From the IMG/VR virus record IMGVR_UViG_3300022178_003244, positions 1-54,329 of that record: DNA of 54,329 nucleotides; one strand, given 5' to 3'. Source of the DNA: a virus. Lineage: Duplodnaviria; Caudoviricetes. This document shows, piece after piece, positions 37,200 to 45,937 of this stretch. The first letter of the stretch is position 1; each line of letters begins with the position of its first letter. Position numbers and translations under genes: made by a program. Under the pieces are notes generated by a model that saw only the letters and a list, made by a program, of their open reading frames with translations, searched no databases and had not been told where the DNA came from.

Positions 37200-37795
37200 T
37201 GGAACGATTAGAAAAATTAGTAAATCTTCTTGAAAAGAAGTATGGTAATACGAATATTACTGAAAGTAATAAAGTTGAGATTAGAAAAATAATAAGCGAA
37301 GAGATAGCAAGGGTCACAGAATCCCTTGAAGAAGTTGATGATTCGCAGACCTCGATGACATACGCATCACTCGAAAGAGCGATGAAATATTCTAAAGGAA
37401 TCTATAAAAAGATGAAAGAACAGAATATTGAGGATGTTGATGGTTGGGTGTTTGCAAAAATTACTCTGGCAGATGATTATCTAAAATCAGTTTATAGTTA
37501 CTTAGATGGTAATGATGGGCTAAAAGAAGACGAACAATTAGACCATGCCTTTAACGATGCAAAGCCTGTTGAAGAAGAATCCAAACGGGATTACAAAAAA
37601 GAGTACGCAAAGTACGGAAAATCTGAAAAAGCAAAGAAATACAGAGCAGAACTAAATAAGTACAATAGAGATAAGGGCACGTACGGTAATGGTGATGGTA
37701 AAGATGCTTCTCACAAAGGTGGAAAGATTGTTGGATTCGAATCAGAATCTAAGAACAGAGGTAGAGCTGAAAAAAGTAGATTAAAGAAAAAGTAA
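37199..37795 (+). CDS. Modular probable head-packaged protein with C-terminal HNH-like module
   Basis: Leader ending I.EEI/LEE; WV..KIT.A.DYL..V..YL module; RDYKKEY...GDGKDASH...SKNR. Confidence 0.55.
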   Translation: MERLEKLVNLLEKKYGNTNITESNKVEIRKIISEEIARVTESLEEVDDSQTSMTYASLERAMKYSKGIYKKMKEQNIEDVDGWVFAKITLADDYLKSVYSYLDGNDGLKEDEQLDHAFNDAKPVEEESKRDYKKEYAKYGKSEKAKKYRAELNKYNRDKGTYGNGDGKDASHKGGKIVGFESESKNRGRAEKSRLKKK

Positions 37796-37798
37796 ATC

Positions 37799-39223
37799 AT
37801 GCCATTATATAGTAGAAAAGATATGCCACAAGTGAATACTCAAAAACTGAGTAAAGCCCTTAGTATGGCAAAATCTAAAGTAAAAGTAACTAAAGGAATG
37901 AGTATGGCAGGAAGTCTAAAAGCTTCTCAGAAAGAACTCATTAAATCTAAGGTTATTGGTATCTCAAAAAAATACAACAAACCTACTGATATGAAACCGT
38001 TAATCATATCTAAGGATAACTACATAGTGGATGGACATCACAGATGGGGTGCTGCAATTTACAAATTTGGTAAAGATGTAAAAGTTCCTACATTCACATT
38101 ACACTTAAAAAGAGATGAAGCAATTGAACTTTATAATGATATTGCAAGTTCATTAAATGAAGTTATGGGAAAGGCAGCTAGAATGAAGATGGCTCGTAAA
38201 TCTAAATCCAGACTCAAACGAGGATTAAAGAAACGTATCAGAAAGATGAAGAAGAAGCGGTCTAATTCAGATTTACTAAAAGCGGCTGAGAGAAAAGCAA
38301 AAACAATATTGATGCAGAAGATGATGAAGAAATCTCCGGATGATATGAGTATGAATGATAAGATAAAGTTTTCTGAGAAGTTAGCTAAGAGTCGAGGGAA
38401 AATACAAAAAGTAGCTAGAAAAATACTTCCTAAATTAAAACAAGCTGAAACGAAAAGAGTAAAGACGATGAAGGCTAACAATACTAAAAAGAGGAATGAA
38501 GACATTACAATACCAATTAACGTAGGTGATACTGTATTGGGTGGTAAGTTCAAAAATAAAAGAATCGTTGTTAAATCAATCGGTAAGAACGAAAAAGGTG
38601 ATATTACAATCAACAACAAACCATTAATGAAATTCAGATTAATGAATGAAAGCACAGGCGCATCAATTCAATGTTCTAATTGTACTCATAGTTGGGATAT
38701 TATACATAGTGATGATAGACCATACTTTTGTCATAACTGTGGCTATGATGCACAATCACAAAAGATTGATTTAGTTGGATTAGAGGATTGGAAAAAAACA
38801 CTAAAAGAAAACGTAGCACCTAATCACAATGGTAAATCAGCACCATATGGTAGTGGGTATGATGTGGTGGAAGATGCAATCAACGAAATCCCAATGGGTG
38901 ATTTACAAAAGATTGATACATTCGCAGATAAGAAACTTAATCCAATGGATGTAGTACTTACAGATAAACATTTCTTTGACCGATTAAATGACCCTCGTAA
39001 CGATAAAGAGATATCATCAGCAGAATTAATACGTTTTTTTAAACAACTTTCAAAAAAGAAGAAAGAATTCTTAGGGTTCTTAGACACCTACAATTCGGTA
39101 GTTGCAACTGATGATAAGACCAATATCAATATACCTTTTATGAAACAAGCAAATAAAGTGATTGCTAAGACTGTAATGAGAAAGAAAAACTTCGGAACTT
39201 CAGACAAACAACTAAAATTTTAA
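37799..39223 (+). CDS. Multi-domain protein: ParB/Srx-like, Lys-rich, beta-rich module, Zn finger, HFxDR nuclease-like module
   Basis: IVDGHHRW; CSNC...CHNCG; HFFDRLNDPRN...KTVMRK; domains separated by xNE/LKE linkers. Confidence 0.65.
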   Translation: MPLYSRKDMPQVNTQKLSKALSMAKSKVKVTKGMSMAGSLKASQKELIKSKVIGISKKYNKPTDMKPLIISKDNYIVDGHHRWGAAIYKFGKDVKVPTFTLHLKRDEAIELYNDIASSLNEVMGKAARMKMARKSKSRLKRGLKKRIRKMKKKRSNSDLLKAAERKAKTILMQKMMKKSPDDMSMNDKIKFSEKLAKSRGKIQKVARKILPKLKQAETKRVKTMKANNTKKRNEDITIPINVGDTVLGGKFKNKRIVVKSIGKNEKGDITINNKPLMKFRLMNESTGASIQCSNCTHSWDIIHSDDRPYFCHNCGYDAQSQKIDLVGLEDWKKTLKENVAPNHNGKSAPYGSGYDVVEDAINEIPMGDLQKIDTFADKKLNPMDVVLTDKHFFDRLNDPRNDKEISSAELIRFFKQLSKKKKEFLGFLDTYNSVVATDDKTNINIPFMKQANKVIAKTVMRKKNFGTSDKQLKF

Positions 39224-39240
39224 CAATATCAAAATAATAC

Positions 39241-39281
39241 ATATTTATAGTTGGATATTTAATAAAAAAATCGTATATTAG
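39241..39281 (+). promoter_or_regulatory. Tandem candidate late motif and Bacteroidota-type promoter
   Basis: ATATTTATA at 39241 then TTGG(39251)-N19-TATATTAG. Confidence 0.55.
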
Positions 39282-39283
39282 TA

Positions 39284-40039
39284 ATGAAATTAAAACAAAT
39301 CATAGTAGAAGGGATGTACGATAAACTGACGGGTCAGATAAACAAAGATGTATTCAAAACTCTAAAGAGTGCTATCAAAGGTAGTGGTACTGAATCTAAA
39401 CCAAAGAAGTTTAAAGGGTATGAGGTTCGTAAAGACCCTATGGGTACAATGCAGGATTTATTTGCAAAAGAAACTCGTAAATTAAAAGTTGGTGATTACT
39501 CAGATAATATAAGTGGTGTTGATGTTGAGGTGTTACTTAAATTAGCAGTAACTGAAGATGGTGTTGAACCAGATAAGTTCTTTATTGATGGGTTTGCCGA
39601 AGCTGATGAAGATTGGCCATCATTGGAAGTGAATATTGGTATCCACCCTAATGATATAAATGGAAGTATTTTCTCAAAGATACAACCAGTACTCAGAGAT
39701 TTGGTAAGACATGAAATAGAACACCTAACACATGGTAAAGATTCTGCCTCAGAAAAACCCGGTAAAAGAATGAGGGGTGATGATGCTATGAGACGTAAAA
39801 TACAAGACAACCCTAAATTATACTACAAATACTTTTTATTACCAAAAGAGGTAGATGCTAACATACATGGATTATACTCAAAGGCTAAAACAATCAAGAA
39901 GCCGTATCAGAAAGTGGTTGATGATTATTTAGATTCTTTGGTAGATGATGGTGTAATTACGACTAAGAAGAGAACTGAGATTTATAAAACGTGGCAAAAG
40001 AGAATCCCTAAAATTGGTGGAATCCCTAAATTAAAATAA
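39284..40039 (+). CDS. Zincin-like metallopeptidase domain protein
   Basis: VRHEIEH (HExxH) and downstream EVDA; leader MKLKQIIVE. Confidence 0.65.
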   Translation: MKLKQIIVEGMYDKLTGQINKDVFKTLKSAIKGSGTESKPKKFKGYEVRKDPMGTMQDLFAKETRKLKVGDYSDNISGVDVEVLLKLAVTEDGVEPDKFFIDGFAEADEDWPSLEVNIGIHPNDINGSIFSKIQPVLRDLVRHEIEHLTHGKDSASEKPGKRMRGDDAMRRKIQDNPKLYYKYFLLPKEVDANIHGLYSKAKTIKKPYQKVVDDYLDSLVDDGVITTKKRTEIYKTWQKRIPKIGGIPKLK

Positions 40040-40040
40040 T

Positions 40041-40643
40041 ATGGATAAGAGTAAATTTATATCAGAGGTATTTAAAGAAGAAATTCAAATATTAAACGAA
40101 GGTAAAGTTCTCCGCGTGTTCGATTTTGATGATACTCTTGCTACAACGGTATCCTTTATCTATGTAAACCATAAAGATGGTAGTACAACTAAGTTAGACC
40201 CTGCTGATTACGCAACTTATAATGAAAAACCTGGTGATGAATTTGATTTCAAAGATTTCAATAGAAAACTAAACAATCCAAAGGTAATCAAAAAGAACTT
40301 TAAACTACTTCAGAGAATGTTAGATAACCCAAGTAAAAAGGTTACGATTCTAACTGCAAGGAAGTTAGCATTCCCAGTCCGTAAATTCTTCAAAGATGAG
40401 TATGGGATGGATGTTTACGTTGTGGCATTAGGAAGTAACAATCCTAAAGACAAAGCAGATTGGATTGAAAAGCATATTAAGAAGGGATATACTGATGTGG
40501 CTTTTGCCGATGATTCTAAGAAGAACATAGATGCAGTAGACCGACTCAAATCAAAATACCCAAATGTAAGAATCAAAACTATGTTGGTTCGTGAAAGTGT
40601 AGATGAAGAAGTTCAGAAATATGTAAATAAACTAATTCACTAA
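40041..40643 (+). CDS. HAD-superfamily phosphatase
   Basis: VFDFDDTL, ILTAR, K, FADDS..N. Confidence 0.8.
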   Translation: MDKSKFISEVFKEEIQILNEGKVLRVFDFDDTLATTVSFIYVNHKDGSTTKLDPADYATYNEKPGDEFDFKDFNRKLNNPKVIKKNFKLLQRMLDNPSKKVTILTARKLAFPVRKFFKDEYGMDVYVVALGSNNPKDKADWIEKHIKKGYTDVAFADDSKKNIDAVDRLKSKYPNVRIKTMLVRESVDEEVQKYVNKLIH

Positions 40644-40667
40644 TATTAATTCTATATTTATTATCAA

Positions 40668-40907
40668 ATGAATTACGAAAAGAAAGTAATGATAAATGCA
40701 TATGAAATCTTAACAAAAACAGATTTCAAATGGACTGACGAGTTTGGAGATGAGATGAAGGTAAAGTTTATAAACCTATTATTGGAATATTTTACTGACA
40801 TCGAACATTACGAAAAATGTGCTAAACTTGTTATCATGCTAAAACGTTTGGAGAATAGAAATGAAAATATTAGTAAAAATGCTATCACCGGAAGTGAAAT
40901 CAATTGA
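40668..40907 (+). CDS. Hypothetical protein with UVR-like helix motif
   Basis: EHYEKCAKL. Confidence 0.55.
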   Translation: MNYEKKVMINAYEILTKTDFKWTDEFGDEMKVKFINLLLEYFTDIEHYEKCAKLVIMLKRLENRNENISKNAITGSEIN

Positions 40908-41022
40908 TGGGTGGATAGTGTATGTAATGGATGACAATGATAACGCGATGGAAGCTGATGTTTGTGATTTAGATTCATTGGTTAACGTTATAACAAAATT
41001 TAAAACGAAATACAAACTTTAA
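40861..41022 (+). CDS. 53-aa hypothetical protein (absent from ORF track)
   Basis: MKILVKMLSPEVKSIDGWIVYVMDD...; fills the gap before the ClpS-like gene. Confidence 0.4.
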   Translation: MKILVKMLSPEVKSIDGWIVYVMDDNDNAMEADVCDLDSLVNVITKFKTKYKL

Positions 41023-41034
41023 ACATATTTATAT

Positions 41035-41256
41035 ATGAAATTGTATATTTTAAACGATGATGTAAACTCATTTGATAATGTTATACGAATTGTACAACAG
41101 TATTTAAATTATCCGTATTTACAATCAGCATCAATAGCAAGTATTGTTCACAATAGTGGTCAATGTGAAGTAAAAGATTCTGATGACGAGGATTTGATTA
41201 AAGAAGTATATAGGAATATGGTAAAAGAAGGTTTACATTTAAGAATTGAAGGATAG
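41035..41256 (+). CDS. ClpS-like N-degron adaptor
   Basis: LYILNDDVNSFDNVI...A..VH..G.C.V matches ClpS core. Confidence 0.75.
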   Translation: MKLYILNDDVNSFDNVIRIVQQYLNYPYLQSASIASIVHNSGQCEVKDSDDEDLIKEVYRNMVKEGLHLRIEG

Positions 41257-41260
41257 TATT

Positions 41261-41428
41261 ATGAGTAAGTCAAAGGGGCTAGGGGACGATGTTAAAAAAA
41301 TAACATCAGCAATGAAATTGGATATCTTAGCGGAAAAGGTAGCTCAATCAATTGGTAAATCAGATTGTGGGTGTTCTAAGCGTCAAGCAAAACTAAATAA
41401 AATGTTCCCATACGGAGATAAGAAATGA
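41261..41428 (+). CDS. Small hypothetical protein (CGC motif)
   Basis: SKGLGD.V.KIT...DCGC..RQ.KLN..FPY. Confidence 0.6.
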   Translation: MSKSKGLGDDVKKITSAMKLDILAEKVAQSIGKSDCGCSKRQAKLNKMFPYGDKK

Positions 41429-42714
41429 ATTTAAAAGAATTTATACAAACGGAAATAAAATCACAAATAAGTGAAGCCAAAGATATGACATTTGTTGATT
41501 ATCTTAAAGTATTAGATAGTAAGTTTTTAGATGGTATGAAGGCAGTTCGTGGAGACAATGGAAGTGATGCTGCAATTACACCAACTAGAGGTGATATACT
41601 ACAAAACTTTAAATTATTCAGAAATTACTTATCTGCCTTAACTAAGAAATATAAAGGTGATAAGACTAAACTTAGATTTATATCAGAACACACTAACAAG
41701 TTCAATGAAACAATAGAATCGGTAATCAATTCAGTAAACGAAGAACAATTAGATGAAAAACTAATCACATTCTCTAACAGAGCACCTTATGGACAGATAG
41801 TGTTTATGGCAGGTGGAGCTGGTAGTGGTAAAGGATTCGCAATTGATAACTTTATTGATTCAGCAGGATTCAAAGTAAGAGATGTTGATGAAATGAAGAA
41901 AGCAGTTGGTAAGTTAGACCAATTAGGTAAATTCTCAGTTGATAAGTGGTATAAGAAGTATGGTAAGAAATTATCAGATAAACCAGGTAAAGATGGTGGA
42001 TTATCACCAAAAGCTCACGTTGAAGAATTTGTACTTGGTAAGGGTATGAGTATCTCTGATATCTCAAAAGATTTAAAGAATCCTAACAATGTAGCATCAC
42101 TACATTACATCGTAGACTCTATGGGATTAAAAGATAAGTGGGTAATTAATATGTTAAGTGGTAAAACAAACAAAGAAACTTTACCTAACTTATTATTCGA
42201 TATTACTGCTAAAAAAGTATCATCAATTACAGATGTTATCGAACCATTAATCGCCAATGGGTATGATTCTAAAAACGTTCACCTTATTTGGGTACTTAAA
42301 AATTATCACGCAGCAGTTGAAGCGAATAAAACGCGAGATAGAGTTGTACCAGATGATATCTTATTACAAACACATGAAGGTGCTAGTAAAACTATGTGGC
42401 AAGTTCTAACTAAGATAAAACCAAAAGGATTAGATGGTAGAATCGATGTTATTTTAAATAATAATAAATTCACAGCAAAGTTTGTTGATTCAAATGGTAA
42501 GGAAATCCAAGTAGAACCTAACCAAATGAACAAATTTAAAAAAGCACAACCAGTTGTTAGTGGATTCAAATCACTTCCTATCAAAAAGCAAGGTGGTGGT
42601 ATTATTCCTGAGAAATATTGGCAAGGTATACTTAAAGGTTGGATTCTATCAAATACACCAGATACAATTGATTTTGAAGAATTAGAAAAACCACCAAAGG
42701 AGAAAAAGAAGTAA
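41425..42714 (+). CDS. P-loop kinase (zeta-toxin/PNK-like) with N-terminal extension
   Basis: FMAGGAGSGKG, DVDE, LFDIT, N..R.RVVP. Confidence 0.75.
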   Translation: MNLKEFIQTEIKSQISEAKDMTFVDYLKVLDSKFLDGMKAVRGDNGSDAAITPTRGDILQNFKLFRNYLSALTKKYKGDKTKLRFISEHTNKFNETIESVINSVNEEQLDEKLITFSNRAPYGQIVFMAGGAGSGKGFAIDNFIDSAGFKVRDVDEMKKAVGKLDQLGKFSVDKWYKKYGKKLSDKPGKDGGLSPKAHVEEFVLGKGMSISDISKDLKNPNNVASLHYIVDSMGLKDKWVINMLSGKTNKETLPNLLFDITAKKVSSITDVIEPLIANGYDSKNVHLIWVLKNYHAAVEANKTRDRVVPDDILLQTHEGASKTMWQVLTKIKPKGLDGRIDVILNNNKFTAKFVDSNGKEIQVEPNQMNKFKKAQPVVSGFKSLPIKKQGGGIIPEKYWQGILKGWILSNTPDTIDFEELEKPPKEKKK

Positions 42715-42718
42715 TTCT

Positions 42719-42773
42719 TAACATAAATTTAACATTGAAAGCTTGGTAATACCAGGCTTTTTTTGTATATTTA
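42719..42773 (+). promoter_or_regulatory. Class II promoter (TAACA repeat) overlapping a terminator-like hairpin
   Basis: TAACA 42719/42730, GCTTGG-TAATA-CCAGGC plus T run, TATATTTA 42766. Confidence 0.7.
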
Positions 42774-42781
42774 CTATAGTA

Positions 42782-42928
42782 ATGAGTGATAAGAAAGAAC
42801 ATATAGTTAAATTAGAAAAGATAACCCTATCTCAACAAGAGATATGGCAGGCAATGCGTTCTAATGTAGAGAAAAATAAGAAAAAATACACTCGTAAAGA
42901 AAAGCACAAAGGGGAAAATTTAACATAA
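42782..42928 (+). CDS. Small basic hypothetical protein
   Basis: ATG 42782 after promoter; KKKYTRKEKHK tail. Confidence 0.55.
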   Translation: MSDKKEHIVKLEKITLSQQEIWQAMRSNVEKNKKKYTRKEKHKGENLT

Positions 42929-42974
42929 ATTAACATTTAAAATTTGGTAAATCCAAATAATTGTTGTACATTAG
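42921..42974 (+). promoter_or_regulatory. Class II promoter (TAACA repeat)
   Basis: TAACA 42921/42931, TTGG-N5-CCAA at 42944, TACATTAG 42967. Confidence 0.65.
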
Positions 42975-43029
42975 TAGGGTAATAAGGGTTAGGTATTAAC
43001 TCAATTGAAAATTAAAAAATAAATAAGTT

Positions 43030-43632
43030 ATGAGTAAGAAAATCAAATTAGTAATCGAAGGTACAGAGTATCAACTTCCAATTTCAGCAGCACGATTGAA
43101 AGGAACTTGTAAATGGAATGATGAAACCCACATCTATATGGGTGCAAAAAATACCGCATCAATCATCAAACAATATGTAAAGAAATTCTTTCCAGAAATT
43201 AAGGTTTGGAGTAAATCCAATGTATATAGTGGTGGTTCATCAGTTGATGTAAATGTATCTAATTCAGATGGTTCATCAATTCATCAAAACATCTACGAAC
43301 AAATTTCAGAGTTTTCTAATAAGTTCAAAGCAGGTTCGTTCAATGGTATGGAAGATATCTATGAGTATAAGGAAGGTACAATAACTACCGATAACAATAC
43401 TCCACTAAAATATTTCCCATCTTATGTGTTTTGTAAAAACGCTCCAAAGTGGGGAACTGTTGAGTATTGGGTTAATGAATACAGAGAGTTCAAAAATATG
43501 ACTTCTGAAAATCCAAACTATGATTCTTATATGGCTGCAGTTAATAAAGCTGGTGGGTGGTTGAATATGAACAAAACCTATATGAGTGATAAAGAATTTA
43601 ATAGTGTACAGTCGGTATTAAAAATAGCATAA
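43030..43632 (+). CDS. LPD29-like domain protein
   Basis: IK...KKFFP.IK...S..YSGGSSVDV...F..GSFNGMED.YEY. Confidence 0.6.
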   Translation: MSKKIKLVIEGTEYQLPISAARLKGTCKWNDETHIYMGAKNTASIIKQYVKKFFPEIKVWSKSNVYSGGSSVDVNVSNSDGSSIHQNIYEQISEFSNKFKAGSFNGMEDIYEYKEGTITTDNNTPLKYFPSYVFCKNAPKWGTVEYWVNEYREFKNMTSENPNYDSYMAAVNKAGGWLNMNKTYMSDKEFNSVQSVLKIA

Positions 43633-43637
43633 CGATT

Positions 43638-43692
43638 TAACAATTTGTTAACATTAAAAGTTTGGTAAATCCAACTAATTATCGTATATTTA
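43638..43692 (+). promoter_or_regulatory. Class II promoter (TAACA repeat)
   Basis: TAACA 43638/43649, TTGG-N5-CCAA at 43662, TATATTTA 43685. Confidence 0.7.
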
Positions 43693-43700
43693 CATAGTAA

Positions 43701-44171
43701 ATGAGTGAGATGATAAAGATAAAAAAGAAAATAGTTTACTTTGACCTTGATAACACTTTGGTAAATTTCCAAAGTGGGATTGATGCGACTCCAATCGAAG
43801 TACAAAAAGAGTATGAAGGGCACTTAGATGATGTGCCAGGTATATTCTCAAAAATGAAACCAATCAATGAAATGGTTCAGTTGTTCAACCAAATGGCCGA
43901 AGATGAACGTTACGATGTTTATATACTATCCACATCACCTTGGGATAATCCAACCGCTGCTTCTGATAAAGTTGCATGGGTTAAGAAATACCTCCCACTA
44001 TATGGATACAAACGATTGATTCTATCTCACCACAAACACCTTAACATTGGTGATTATCTTATAGATGATAGAACTGCTAACGGAGCTGGTAAGTTCGGTG
44101 GAGAACTTATTCAGTATGGTACTGAGAAATTCCCAACTGCAGAAAGTATTAAAACTTACTTAAACGTATAG
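43701..44171 (+). CDS. 5'(3')-deoxyribonucleotidase (NT5C, HAD family)
   Basis: YFDLDNTLVNF, ILSTSPW, K..WV, GDYLIDDR. Confidence 0.88.
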   Translation: MSEMIKIKKKIVYFDLDNTLVNFQSGIDATPIEVQKEYEGHLDDVPGIFSKMKPINEMVQLFNQMAEDERYDVYILSTSPWDNPTAASDKVAWVKKYLPLYGYKRLILSHHKHLNIGDYLIDDRTANGAGKFGGELIQYGTEKFPTAESIKTYLNV

Positions 44172-44172
44172 G

Positions 44173-44673
44173 ATGAATAGATTACCAAATGTAAAGAACG
44201 TAAATAAAGGAAAACGACACAAAAAGAAACACCAATTTAAAATAGGTACACCTGTTGTATTTAAATGGATGGGTGAGCGTGATTACGGACACATATCAGC
44301 ATTAACATTTGAAAAGGGAACTAAAAACGCACAATACTCCATAAAATCTACGGGTCGTATGGGGTGTATATACCATACTATGGAATTGGATGACCCAGAT
44401 GACCCATATTGTTATGTATCATCTATATTAACTAAATCTATACCCGATACGGAACTCCAAAAGATTTCAGACCACAAATTAGGTAAACATTTGATTACAG
44501 TAGTTAAACCATCTGTAACTAAAAAGGTGGTTAAAAAGAAGGTGGCTAAGAAAACTGTAACTAAAAGGGTAGCCAAACCTAAGAAAGAATCTGTTAATAA
44601 ATCAGAACTTAAAAAAGCAATAAATAAACAAAAAGATTTCCTAAACGGAAATGTTGATAAATCATTTTGGTAA
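44173..44673 (+). CDS. Hypothetical basic protein
   Basis: Lys-rich KKVVKKKVAKK segment. Confidence 0.65.
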   Translation: MNRLPNVKNVNKGKRHKKKHQFKIGTPVVFKWMGERDYGHISALTFEKGTKNAQYSIKSTGRMGCIYHTMELDDPDDPYCYVSSILTKSIPDTELQKISDHKLGKHLITVVKPSVTKKVVKKKVAKKTVTKRVAKPKKESVNKSELKKAINKQKDFLNGNVDKSFW

Positions 44674-44689
44674 TTAAAAACAAAAAGTT

Positions 44690-44905
44690 ATGAGTGAAAT
44701 AAATCCATTACATTACAGCAGACCACATTCAGGTGAATATGACCACACCCAAAATTCCATTTTTAGTGATAAAGAAGCTATCCCATTAGATATGGATGGG
44801 ATGGTTAGTAAGTATACGATGGAACAGTTTGGAAAAATGAATCGTAGAGAACGTAGAAAGTTGGAGCGTGATATGGCTAAACTTAGATTAAACAATAAAA
44901 AATAA
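44690..44905 (+). CDS. Hypothetical protein
   Basis: AAGTTATG start; MNRRERR motif. Confidence 0.6.
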   Translation: MSEINPLHYSRPHSGEYDHTQNSIFSDKEAIPLDMDGMVSKYTMEQFGKMNRRERRKLERDMAKLRLNNKK

Positions 44906-44911
44906 AAAGTT

Positions 44912-45376
44912 ATGGGGCTAGACCAATATTTAACAAAAAAAACTTATGTGCAGAATTGGAATCATATGAGTGAAGATGAAAAACACAATGTAAGTGTTGA
45001 GGGTAAATCTGCTAAAGAAATCAAACCTGAGAGAATTACTCATATTGAAGAAGAAGTTGGTTATTGGCGAAAAGCAAACCAAATTCACAATTGGTTTGTA
45101 AACAATGTTCAGAATGGAAATGATGATTGTAAATCGTATTATGTAGATACTGGACAATTAGAAGAACTTTCTGAAAATTGTAAAGCTATATTAGCAGACC
45201 ATTCAAAAGCAGAGAAATTACTACCAACACAACTTGGATTCTTCTTTGGTAATACTGATTATGATGAGTGGTATTTTGACCAATTAGAAGAAACGGTTGA
45301 AATCATTGATGGTATTCTTACAGAAATGAAAGAAAATGAGGCTCATTATGAATTTTATTACGAAAGTAGTTGGTAA
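44912..45376 (+). CDS. Conserved phage hypothetical protein
   Basis: MGLDQYL...YWRKANQIHNWF...GFFFG...YYESSW. Confidence 0.75.
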   Translation: MGLDQYLTKKTYVQNWNHMSEDEKHNVSVEGKSAKEIKPERITHIEEEVGYWRKANQIHNWFVNNVQNGNDDCKSYYVDTGQLEELSENCKAILADHSKAEKLLPTQLGFFFGNTDYDEWYFDQLEETVEIIDGILTEMKENEAHYEFYYESSW

Positions 45377-45400
45377 ATCAAAAAATTAATTGTATATTTG
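45370..45400 (+). promoter_or_regulatory. Bacteroidota-type promoter
   Basis: TTGG-N19-TATATTTG. Confidence 0.7.
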
Positions 45401-45404
45401 TATT

Positions 45405-45596
45405 ATGAGTTTAACTAAAAAATACATAGAGCAGGAAATGGAGAGGGGTAATGATGTACTTCACCCAAACTCCCAACATTCAGATGATGAATATCACTAT
45501 GCTCTATTCAAACAAACACAAGAAGCAGAGTGGTGTTATTATTCAGGAATGCCATCACCAAAGGCGTATGAAACCGAACTGACTGAAAACGAATGA
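45405..45596 (+). CDS. Hypothetical protein
   Basis: ATG 4 nt after -7 element; WCYYSGMPSP. Confidence 0.55.
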   Translation: MSLTKKYIEQEMERGNDVLHPNSQHSDDEYHYALFKQTQEAEWCYYSGMPSPKAYETELTENE

Positions 45597-45937
45597 AGAA
45601 TTTATTAATAGGATTAACCCTTACCTTTATAGGACAGATATTGATATTCTTTCAAACCAATGGTCAATTCTTTGTACCTTGGATTAAAAATCACCCATTC
45701 ATAGTATCGTTAGTAGGTGGTACTTTAGTATCATACCTATTCATCACAGGCACAGGTTATACCGTAGAGTATTTCGGTGGAACTGTATGGGAAAATAGAT
45801 TATTAGGATTCGGTGTGGGTATGATATCATTCTCATTTTTAACCTATATTTTTATGGGTGAGGCTATCACAACAAAAACAGCAGTATCGTTAATGTTAGC
45901 ATTAACTTTAGTATTAATTCAAATTCTTTGGAAATGA
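45593..45937 (+). CDS. Four-TM small membrane protein (SMR/DMT-like)
   Basis: Four hydrophobic segments, GE.IT.K. Confidence 0.6.
   Translation: MKNLLIGLTLTFIGQILIFFQTNGQFFVPWIKNHPFIVSLVGGTLVSYLFITGTGYTVEYFGGTVWENRLLGFGVGMISFSFLTYIFMGEAITTKTAVSLMLALTLVLIQILWK

Noticed and set aside
4059-43692. Repeated TAACA/TTGG elements as a CRISPR array or IS ends
   Set aside because: Dispersed single copies in intergenic positions, no regular spacers, no transposase; better explained as promoters
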